Virus record (IMG/VR): IMGVR_UViG_3300013426_000002
Span: 1 to 64,000 of that record
Direction: 5' to 3' (one strand)
DNA length: 64,000 nt
DNA from: a virus
The notes beneath the pieces are model-generated. The model did not search any database. It had not been told where the DNA came from and was given only the letters and a program-made list of their open reading frames with translations. This document shows positions 19,764 to 26,909 of the stretch, piece after piece. A program made the translations under genes and the position numbers. The stretch's first letter is position 1. Every line of letters starts with the position of its first letter.

Positions 19764-19985
19764 ATGAAAAGTAAACGAAAAATATCTATGTGGTTATATA
19801 TGCCACAAAGTAATAAAGTACAATTTGATCCTACTAAAAGTACTTTAACTCAAACAATTGTAGAATGTACCTTTAATAAGGTAATTTCTGGTAAGTATTC
19901 ATCAAATGTAGAATATACTTATACTCATCCGAGACTTAATAAAAAGCTTAAGGGTGTAGTATCTAAAGCTTTTTGGGAGGCATAA
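19764..19985 (+). CDS. Hypothetical 73-aa protein
   Basis: ORF closely coupled to the next gene. Confidence 0.55.
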   Translation: MKSKRKISMWLYMPQSNKVQFDPTKSTLTQTIVECTFNKVISGKYSSNVEYTYTHPRLNKKLKGVVSKAFWEA

Positions 19986-19986
19986 T

Positions 19987-20232
19987 ATGTTAAGAGAGAT
20001 TATAGAATATATAGTATTACTACTATGGATCTTTGGTTTTATTATGCTATACGCATTTGGTGATATTCCTGCGATACTATATATCGTAATCTCTTTTATA
20101 ATTATGTGCCGTATTCATATACGGAGTTTAAAAAAACTATTTTTATTAATAATTAAATCAATTAATTACGCGAACGAAAAACAAAATTACACAAGAAAGA
20201 CTTCGTGTAACAGCCGCGCAGAAGCAAGATGA
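19987..20232 (+). CDS. Small membrane protein (81 aa)
   Basis: It contains two hydrophobic helices. Confidence 0.55.
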   Translation: MLREIIEYIVLLLWIFGFIMLYAFGDIPAILYIVISFIIMCRIHIRSLKKLFLLIIKSINYANEKQNYTRKTSCNSRAEAR

Positions 20233-20277
20233 TAATGATTATTAGAGAATTAGTATAACTTTTTTAATTAATAATAA

Positions 20278-20688
20278 ATGATAGACGAAAAAGAAATTAT
20301 GGACTATCTCTACAAACAAAGGGATCCTCCAGAAAAAGACAAAGCATTTCGAGAAGACAAAATATTTCAAGAAAGAAAACAGAAAATTAAGAGAAAAATA
20401 CGAGAAGAATTAAGCAAAAATCAAGTATTATCTCAATTTCTACAAGAGCATAAAAGTGAAGGCAAATTCGTAAAAGCATATACTGACAAGTTATTAAAAT
20501 ATACTTGGTATTCTGATAAAGATATATGCAATGTAATTAAAACTGAAATAAATCATAGTTTCAGTCCAATAGACTCTGCATTTATTTGGAGAAATACTCC
20601 TCAGGGACACGAATATTGGAAAGAGCTTTCACATGAAGTAGACGATAAACTTTCTGTTGAAAGAAGAAAGAAGAGAAAATCATTTTAA
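20278..20688 (+). CDS. Hypothetical 136-aa basic protein
   Basis: ORF in the plus-strand block. Confidence 0.65.
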   Translation: MIDEKEIMDYLYKQRDPPEKDKAFREDKIFQERKQKIKRKIREELSKNQVLSQFLQEHKSEGKFVKAYTDKLLKYTWYSDKDICNVIKTEINHSFSPIDSAFIWRNTPQGHEYWKELSHEVDDKLSVERRKKRKSF

Positions 20689-20723
20689 ACTTTATTTATT
20701 AACAACTTAAAATTATCAAAATT

Positions 20724-21122
20724 ATGAGCGAAATTAAAGAAGAAATCCGTAACGGTAGAATCATCAACAAAGAAATCGTAACTGCAGCAGCTGAAGAATT
20801 GGCAAAAAAGCGTAACGCAAAAATCACGAAAGAAATGATGCGTATTGCCGTAGATTCTGAGTTTGAACGCAAGAGTGCGTTATTAGACTTGCAGAAGAAT
20901 CGTGACCGTGAAGAACCAATCAAAACGTGTCTGAAAGCAAAGGAAGCTAATGAAAACGCAGTAAAAGAAGGAAAGATGACGCCGGAAGAATTTCGTAGTG
21001 CCAATGGTAAAGCCGATGACGAAAAAGAAAAAGCTTTACGTCAGGTTGAAAATGAGTACTACACCCTGCGCGATCAATTGCGCAAGCAGTGTTATGACGT
21101 TCTGAACGATTGGGACGATTAA
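20724..21122 (+). CDS. Hypothetical 132-aa charged helical protein
   Basis: The ORF has higher-G+C codon usage than its neighbours. A perfect 10-bp hairpin follows it (ATTAGTGTCT...AGACACTAAT, about 21172-21206). The antisense ORF 20699..21004 is rejected. Confidence 0.7.
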   Translation: MSEIKEEIRNGRIINKEIVTAAAEELAKKRNAKITKEMMRIAVDSEFERKSALLDLQKNRDREEPIKTCLKAKEANENAVKEGKMTPEEFRSANGKADDEKEKALRQVENEYYTLRDQLRKQCYDVLNDWDD

Positions 21123-21139
21123 TAACAACTCCAAACCTG

Positions 21140-21451
21140 TGCCGATAAGTACTGTAAAGCTTATCAATTAATATTAGTGTCTTTACATTTATAGAGACAC
21201 TAATACTAGTTAGTGCCGTAAGTTATTTAAACCGAACGTGTAAGTAGGTAACAAGTTGAATTGACAACTTCCCTCAAGTGCTATATGCCGTAGGGTGGAA
21301 AAACAACGTGCCACTGATCATGTGCCGAAGATCATTACTATTGTTTTAGCTATTGTACTTTATGTCCTGCATAAAAACAATAGGCTCTATTCATAGAGTT
21401 TTATAGTAATGGTTATCAAAACACATATAGAAATTGTGCTTTATGCCGAAG
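21140..21451 (+). repeat. Five dispersed copies of an RTGCCG(W)nAAG/TAG box in an ORF-free region
   Basis: The copies are GTGCCGATAAG (21140), GTGCCGTAAG (21214), ATGCCGTAGGG (21285), GTGCCGAAG (21322) and ATGCCGAAG (21443). Confidence 0.6.
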
Positions 21452-21739
21452 TTTTATTTTTAATATATAGTATAAATGTTAAGTAAACCGTATAAATACG
21501 GTCTTCAAAATATTTATACAAACTTCAATTTCTATCAGTCTATCAAAGGCACAGAATCCTAAGTAATATAATGCTTTATGCTTAAATACTATTTTTAGAA
21601 AACAGAAATGCGTAAAATGTTCATATTCTGATGGTAAGCGTCTTTAGACAGTAGAACCGAAATAGAATCCGACAACTTACGGTCGCTCTATAAAGAAGAT
21701 TTAGTATTACTTAGGATAAACTCTTAAAAATTTACAATT

Positions 21740-21871
21740 ATGGATTGGACAAGAGAAGACTTAGAAAATAAGCCAAAAGAAGAACTTATAGACATTATTA
21801 TGAATATTCAGAAAGATCTGAAAGATATTCTATATCTGTATAATGATACAGATGATGACTATGATAAATAG
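21740..21871 (+). CDS. Possible 43-aa acidic ORF
   Basis: MDWTREDLENKPKEELIDIIMNIQKDLKDILYLYNDTDDDYDK. A 10-bp hairpin with a GAGA loop follows at 21874-21897. Confidence 0.4.
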   Translation: MDWTREDLENKPKEELIDIIMNIQKDLKDILYLYNDTDDDYDK

Positions 21872-21970
21872 AGAGTAAGGAGAGAGATCTCCTTACTTTC
21901 ACTATCTCCATGATTTTTAACATTATTCACAATATAAGAACTGTATTGTGTCTTATTAGGCTTATTAATC

Positions 21971-22006
21971 ATTGTTAGGACGAGGGTTCGACTCCCTCCA
22001 GCTCCA
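21971..22006 (+). ncRNA. ssrA: tmRNA acceptor piece (3' half of the tRNA-like domain) of a permuted ssrA gene; its 5' boundary is undetermined and could reach about 21874
   Basis: The sequence is ATTGTTA-GGAC-GAGGG-TTCGACT-CCCTC-CAGCTCC-A. That gives a T arm plus a 3' acceptor strand complementary to GGGGCTG at 22092, with a G3:U70 pair. ATTGTTA pairs with TAGCAAT at 22111 as a P2-like helix. Confidence 0.75.
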
Positions 22007-22091
22007 CGTGAATGGTACTTGCTCGATGTGTAGTTGTACCCGGTTATGTAATATCGTAAGCATCGTTTTATCCATAACGTATAATGGATAT

Positions 22092-22225
22092 GGGGCTGCA
22101 TGGATTTGACTAGCAATAGAAAGATAAGATAGGTTCAACATTCTATTAAATGGCAACTATTCGTTTGTCACTGATTACTCTTGCGTAGCGTAAGATTATG
22201 ATGCGTGCTAAATACGAAAGTTAGG
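22092..22225 (+). ncRNA. ssrA: tmRNA coding piece: 5' acceptor strand, GGAUUUGAC box and tag reading frame; the 3' boundary is approximate
   Basis: GGGGCTGCATGGATTTGAC closely matches the universal tmRNA 5' end (GGGGCUG...GGAUUCGAC). Two candidate tag frames are present. From the GCA at 22153 the tag is ATIRLSLITLA then stop. From the GGC at 22152 it is GNYSFVTDYSCVA then stop. Confidence 0.7.
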
Positions 22226-22227
22226 GA

Positions 22228-22298
22228 TACTCCTTAGTTTAATCGGTTAGAACCACGAATTTTACCGTGAAATATGAGTTCGAGTCTCATAGGAGTAA
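22228..22298 (+). tRNA. tRNA-like gene with a non-canonical anticodon arm; anticodon not assignable by eye
   Basis: The acceptor stem is TACTCCT/AGGAGTA. The D arm is GTTT-AATCGGTTA-GAAC. The T arm is ATGAG-TTCGAGT-CTCAT. The anticodon arm is only CACG/CGTG (4 bp) around AATTTTAC (8 nt). Total length is 71 nt. Confidence 0.6.
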
Positions 22299-22318
22299 CA
22301 AATTTAAAATTAATTATT

Positions 22319-22426
22319 ATGTCTTGTTATAATTCTTATAATGATGAAGAAGATCCTCGTAAAGCGTGGACAACAGTATTAATTATAATACTTTTATTAA
22401 TTGCAATTATATGTTTAACTTCTTAA
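22319..22426 (+). CDS. Possible 35-aa single-pass membrane peptide
   Basis: MSCYNSYNDEEDPRKAWTTVLIIILLLIAIICLTS. Confidence 0.35.
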   Translation: MSCYNSYNDEEDPRKAWTTVLIIILLLIAIICLTS

Positions 22427-22437
22427 AAGTAACTTAG

Positions 22438-22815
22438 ATGAAAAAAGTAACTTTAAGTCAATTACATGGTAATTTAAAAACGTTCAGCAGAGAATTTATA
22501 GGAGCTGGAAGTAGAAATTGTGTAGTTGGTTTGTATCGAAAACTTATTGAATTGGGAGCAATTCCATCTAGTAAGGAAAAAGATAGCAATCTTATTAACT
22601 CTAGACAAAAGGTTGTTATTCTGTGTGTAAATGATGGAATTCGAGGCAAATTTGCTCGTATTTCATTACATGAAAGAGCATGGTGGGATTATTGGCATAA
22701 TAAAGCCCATAAACACTGTAAACCTGCTTATATTACTTATAATGTACCAAAACAAATGGATATTGTAATAAGTAATTTGAATATCAAAGAATTAGAAACT
22801 TTATTCCCAGAGTAA
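22438..22815 (+). CDS. Hypothetical 125-aa protein
   Basis: ORF in the plus-strand block. Confidence 0.65.
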   Translation: MKKVTLSQLHGNLKTFSREFIGAGSRNCVVGLYRKLIELGAIPSSKEKDSNLINSRQKVVILCVNDGIRGKFARISLHERAWWDYWHNKAHKHCKPAYITYNVPKQMDIVISNLNIKELETLFPE

Positions 22816-22816
22816 T

Positions 22817-23011
22817 ATGGAACTATCTTATTGGATTTATTTTAAACCAGGTGAGAAAGATAAACTTAAAAAGATTATTGATGAAAATCCTAATCCTTTA
22901 ATGGCTAATATAGCTATTCAAGAAGAATTTGGTGTATCACTCACTGAGGCTGAGAAAATTATTGAAGTGTATAACAATAAAATTAATAAAACATGTCATC
23001 AAGAATCATAA
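22817..23011 (+). CDS. Hypothetical 64-aa protein
   Basis: ORF lying 1 nt after the previous stop. Confidence 0.55.
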   Translation: MELSYWIYFKPGEKDKLKKIIDENPNPLMANIAIQEEFGVSLTEAEKIIEVYNNKINKTCHQES

Positions 23012-23427
23012 CACTTAATAAACCAGGATTATATGTTGCAGAACATAATGCTACTGGTGAACAACTCTTAGTAAGTATTGGAGGTGAGTTACCAATGTTA
23101 CGTGTAGTCAATGTTATTAGTCTATCTAATTTCACTAGTGGTTTATATGCAAATGAAGCAGATAAACGAAAACTACAAAATCAAATGGAAGCCCATCCGA
23201 ATGAATATACTTACACTTCTATTCAGGTTAAATTAGTAAAACAACCTGAAGAAATAAAAAGAGATATTCTTGATTTATCTAAGTATTCAACATTAGTTGA
23301 AAACAAAGATAAACTATTAGAAATGGATGATAATATGGCAGTTATTACAATTTGTAAAGATGAAGCACTTGATGTAACTACTGCTACTGAAATTTGGAAA
23401 CAATTCAAATTATCATTACGACCGTGA
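22993..23427 (+). CDS. Hypothetical 144-aa protein
   Basis: ORF overlapping its neighbours. Confidence 0.65.
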   Translation: MSSRIITLNKPGLYVAEHNATGEQLLVSIGGELPMLRVVNVISLSNFTSGLYANEADKRKLQNQMEAHPNEYTYTSIQVKLVKQPEEIKRDILDLSKYSTLVENKDKLLEMDDNMAVITICKDEALDVTTATEIWKQFKLSLRP

Positions 23428-23930
23428 ATGCAGATGAAATAAAAAAATATATTTATGATAGATCTGCAAAACTATCACAGCATTTTATTGACTTCATTAA
23501 ACATGAAGATGTTCCTGATTATTTATTACCATTATTTGATGAAAATTGTGGTTATAGATGTGATTGGAACATAATAGGTGGAGAAGAAGCAAAAGAGTAC
23601 TTTAAACCTTACTATAAACCAATAAATGACAAATTCACTCTTGATTTAAAACAAAGGAAAGAAGTACAAACTTGGTTATTTAGAACCAGTACTAAGCTTT
23701 TTCTACCTGAATTAATGGTAGGAAGACCTATCATAACCGATAGAGTACAACTGCGAATAACAGTTTCTTTAATCGACAAATTAAACATTCCAAGACAATA
23801 TAAAGACTATTTATTTGATAATACTATATATTGTTATTGGACTCGCAAACGAGCTTATGAAAATTTCTTTTGGCAAGAAATTGTACAGCTTCCGTTTGCA
23901 CCAGATTATCGATTGAATATAACAATATAA
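23394..23930 (+). CDS. Hypothetical 178-aa protein; the start is uncertain and could be a later ATG
   Basis: ORF in the plus-strand block. Confidence 0.6.
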   Translation: METIQIIITTVNADEIKKYIYDRSAKLSQHFIDFIKHEDVPDYLLPLFDENCGYRCDWNIIGGEEAKEYFKPYYKPINDKFTLDLKQRKEVQTWLFRTSTKLFLPELMVGRPIITDRVQLRITVSLIDKLNIPRQYKDYLFDNTIYCYWTRKRAYENFFWQEIVQLPFAPDYRLNITI

Positions 23931-23989
23931 TCAATTGATAATAGGGTAAGAGAGATTAGTTTCTCTCTTACTCACTAACCCGTAAGCCT

Positions 23990-24556
23990 ATGAAAGAAGA
24001 AGAGAAAATTCTAATTGAAAAGGCGAAGCACGGTGATGAGAAAGCCTTTACACAATTATATGATAATTATTATCGTCTAATACGATACATCATATTTGAT
24101 GCAATAAAAGATGAAGAAGCAACAGCTGATTTATTATCTGTTACTTTTACTAAGGCTTTTAAACGACTCGATTATTTTGTTGAAACTATTTCTTTTGAAG
24201 CATGGTTAAAAACTATCGCAATAAATACAGTCATCGACTATATTAGAAAGAATAAGAATCAACAAGATAACATCTCTATAGATAATGAGGACAATGCAAT
24301 TCAAATATCTAGTGATAATGATCCCGAAACTGATTTAATTAAATCAGAGTCAATAGATATTCTTAGAATTGCATTAACTCGACTTAGAGCTAAATATAGG
24401 AACCTTCTAGAACTCAGATATTTTAGTCATCTAAGTTATGAGGAGTTAAGTGCTAAGCTTAATATACCAGTCGGAACTGTAAAGTCTGACCTAAATAAAG
24501 CAAAGCATAGACTCAGATATTATTTTCAAAAAATTTCAAAAACTAACAAAACATGA
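23990..24556 (+). CDS. ECF-type sigma-70 family RNA polymerase sigma factor
   Basis: The region 2 pattern is FTQLYDNYYRLIRYIIFDAIKDEEATADLLSVTFTKAFKRLDYF...FEAWLKTIAINTVIDYIRKNK. The region 4 HTH is YRNLLELRYFSHLSYEELSAKLNIPVGTVKSDLNKAKHRL. Confidence 0.8.
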   Translation: MKEEEKILIEKAKHGDEKAFTQLYDNYYRLIRYIIFDAIKDEEATADLLSVTFTKAFKRLDYFVETISFEAWLKTIAINTVIDYIRKNKNQQDNISIDNEDNAIQISSDNDPETDLIKSESIDILRIALTRLRAKYRNLLELRYFSHLSYEELSAKLNIPVGTVKSDLNKAKHRLRYYFQKISKTNKT

Positions 24557-24930
24557 CAACATTCATTGTATCTATGCTAGTAATTGTCTGTATTGTTGCA
24601 ATTGCACGATATTATGGCAGTTCGTCAATGGCAAGTAATTTATTGCTTACTTTGGCATTTTCTGTTGTTGTGGGTCTTGGTATTCAATTTGCTACTAAGG
24701 GTAATTCCAGTAAAAAAGAAAATACTAAGATTGAAAACTCTATTGCAGTTAGTAATCCTGTGTCCACACAGTCAATTTGTACAATGTTGGAACCTGTACA
24801 AATACGCCATTCTGGGGCTGTGAGTCAGATGCAGGATTACAAAACTGTAATAAAGGAGTTTCCACAATTAAGTTCTAAAAAGCTTGCGTATATTGATCGT
24901 ATAGCTCCTCCTTTCCCAGATTCATCCTAG
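24553..24930 (+). CDS. Two-helix membrane protein translationally coupled to the sigma gene; candidate anti-sigma or partner by position only
   Basis: It has an ATGA start/stop overlap with the sigma gene. The transmembrane segments are FIVSMLVIVCIVAIARYY and LLLTLAFSVVVGLGIQFA. Confidence 0.4.
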   Translation: MTTFIVSMLVIVCIVAIARYYGSSSMASNLLLTLAFSVVVGLGIQFATKGNSSKKENTKIENSIAVSNPVSTQSICTMLEPVQIRHSGAVSQMQDYKTVIKEFPQLSSKKLAYIDRIAPPFPDSS

Positions 24931-25019
24931 ATGAATATAGAGGGATCACATTATTAGTTAAAACAAGAAACAAATTATTAATTTATTAATATTCGAAAAG
25001 GCGAATTAACATTATCAAA

Positions 25020-26417
25020 ATGGGAAATAATAAAAACAAAGGTCAAAAGATTGACGATAAAACAAAGAAAACTACTGCCGCTACTGCGGCTGCACCGGTT
25101 GCACAGACCAAGAAAGAACAGCCGAAGACTGGATTGAAGGAAGATAAAACTCCTAAACCCGCTGCTCCTATTCCTCCTAAAAAAGAAGAGAAAAAGGAGA
25201 CAAAGAAACCTGTTACTGATGCTACTGGTACAGTAGAGAATGTAGCAGCAGAAGAAGTAAAGAAACCTGTAACATCTCCATTAGAATCACCTAAAATTGA
25301 TTCTCTGGTAGCATTAATGGGACCCAATGATCTCATGGATGCAAATCATGCTGCAGTATTTCTGTCAACACTTGAACGTCGTACCGCACGTATGGATCGT
25401 AGCAAACCTATCACAATTCAAATGGAATCCATGTTGGATTACAATATGATGTGGTATGCTGTACGTTTGTCCGTACAATCATTTGCGCAGAAACGTGAAT
25501 GCAATATGCTTACGCCGAATGATGAACTCATTGTTCAGCAGGCTATTGATACAGCTGCATCCATGGGTGTTGCTCTTGAGGCTCATCCTACAGATGATCC
25601 TACTCAGATGCGTCTTGAGTTTAAAGAGATTTCTCCTGAAACGAAAGCAGCAGCTGAAGCGGAGAACACAGCTCAAGGTTTGACCTCAACAGCTAAACCA
25701 CCTAAACACGTGGTTCTTACCGAGGAACAGATGAATCCTTTGAACTGGAAGAATGATGATGAAGCAAAAGCTGCCATCAATCAGGACCTTCAGATATCCG
25801 GAGAAACTCCATCTAATAAATTCTTGCGTATCTTGGGTAAAATTAAGACGTATCGTGAGAACGTTACGGAAGACCCTGTACAAAAAGGAATCTGGAGTAA
25901 TGCAAATTTGGGAACCCTTGCAAAAGAGTATTTCAATATTATCGGTAAGAAAGGCATTGTTGTACTCTCTGGACTCATGTCTTCTACTACAACTTCATTG
26001 AAGTTAGGTCAAACTATGATCTTTGCACATTCTCTGTTACGGAAGAATATGAAAGGTCTGAGTGACCAGGATGTAGTAGATCTGATTAAATCATTTATTG
26101 AAGTAATGCATACAGATCCTGCTCAGCCTATTGAACAAGATCCTTGTGTAGTAAAGGGTATTTTGGCTCCAACACGCGATACATTTGTACGTATTGCATT
26201 ACAGAAGCCGGCAGAAGATGAACTTATTGATTGGTTCAAGAAGATTATGGGACCGTTCTATGACATCTATAAAGATGAAGTAGGTTCTAAATCTGATGAA
26301 GATTTTGCTCTGAAAGCAGCTAACAAGATGATCGAAATACGTAACTTGTATGTAGATAAAGATGCTGCATATCCACTCTTTACAAAAGAGGATTTCAAAG
26401 CTGTAGTAGGTGCTTAA
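25020..26417 (+). CDS. 465-aa protein with a K/P/T/A-rich basic N-terminal tail of about 95 aa and a globular C-terminal domain; function unknown
   Basis: The ORF has strong codon bias and higher G+C. The N-terminus is KKTTAATAAAPVAQTKKEQPKTGLKEDKTPKPAAPIPPKKEEKKETKKPV. Several alternative-frame and antisense ORFs inside it are rejected. Confidence 0.8.
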   Translation: MGNNKNKGQKIDDKTKKTTAATAAAPVAQTKKEQPKTGLKEDKTPKPAAPIPPKKEEKKETKKPVTDATGTVENVAAEEVKKPVTSPLESPKIDSLVALMGPNDLMDANHAAVFLSTLERRTARMDRSKPITIQMESMLDYNMMWYAVRLSVQSFAQKRECNMLTPNDELIVQQAIDTAASMGVALEAHPTDDPTQMRLEFKEISPETKAAAEAENTAQGLTSTAKPPKHVVLTEEQMNPLNWKNDDEAKAAINQDLQISGETPSNKFLRILGKIKTYRENVTEDPVQKGIWSNANLGTLAKEYFNIIGKKGIVVLSGLMSSTTTSLKLGQTMIFAHSLLRKNMKGLSDQDVVDLIKSFIEVMHTDPAQPIEQDPCVVKGILAPTRDTFVRIALQKPAEDELIDWFKKIMGPFYDIYKDEVGSKSDEDFALKAANKMIEIRNLYVDKDAAYPLFTKEDFKAVVGA

Positions 26418-26814
26418 CCTATTATATCAAATGAAAGGTAAATTTGCTTATTTAGCAGTGTTCGTTGTAGGAATTATTATGTCCTATAACACTAACATTT
26501 TCAAACCAGAAAGTGTTACGGCAACTGAAATTGTAAAACCAATTCAGTTATCACCAATACCAGGTAGTTTTAAACTTAACCTGGACTTAGAGACAGGTAA
26601 AAGTATCGTGAAAAGTAATATACCCGTTACAAGTACTGATATTACTGTCAATCACCCCACGAAAATCGTGGAAAAGGTAGTATATAAACAATCTAAACCC
26701 AAAGTAATATATGAAACAAAAACTGAGGTACAAATGAGGCCGGTAATGTTCACTCTACCAACTCCCCGCTCTCACAAATTTGTACCTGAGTATCCTAAAA
26801 GAGTAGAGAAATGA
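26410..26814 (+). CDS. 134-aa protein with an N-terminal transmembrane anchor
   Basis: It contains FAYLAVFVVGIIMSY and overlaps the upstream gene by 8 nt. Confidence 0.65.
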   Translation: MLNLLYQMKGKFAYLAVFVVGIIMSYNTNIFKPESVTATEIVKPIQLSPIPGSFKLNLDLETGKSIVKSNIPVTSTDITVNHPTKIVEKVVYKQSKPKVIYETKTEVQMRPVMFTLPTPRSHKFVPEYPKRVEK

Positions 26815-26909
26815 AACAAAAAATAACTAAAATTAATGTAATATCATTAATTGGTATTATATTATTCTATTTATTTTGTTTATTTTTTGCTTATTGTATT
26901 AGTGATTAA
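26811..26909 (+). CDS. Possible 32-aa membrane peptide
   Basis: It has an ATGA overlap with the previous stop. The sequence is MKQKITKINVISLIGIILFYLFCLFFAYCISD. Confidence 0.4.
   Translation: MKQKITKINVISLIGIILFYLFCLFFAYCISD

Noticed and set aside
21859-22156. Minus-strand ORFs 21859..22116 and 21965..22156
   Set aside because: They lie antisense over the tmRNA-like locus. Their openness is explained by the G+C-richer RNA gene sequence. They have no coding-like features.
24584-24823. Alternative-frame ORF inside 24553..24930, and alternative-frame ORFs within 25020..26417 (25456..25683, 25753..26001 and antisense ones)
   Set aside because: They are embedded in longer ORFs that have consistent codon bias. 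They have no independent start context.
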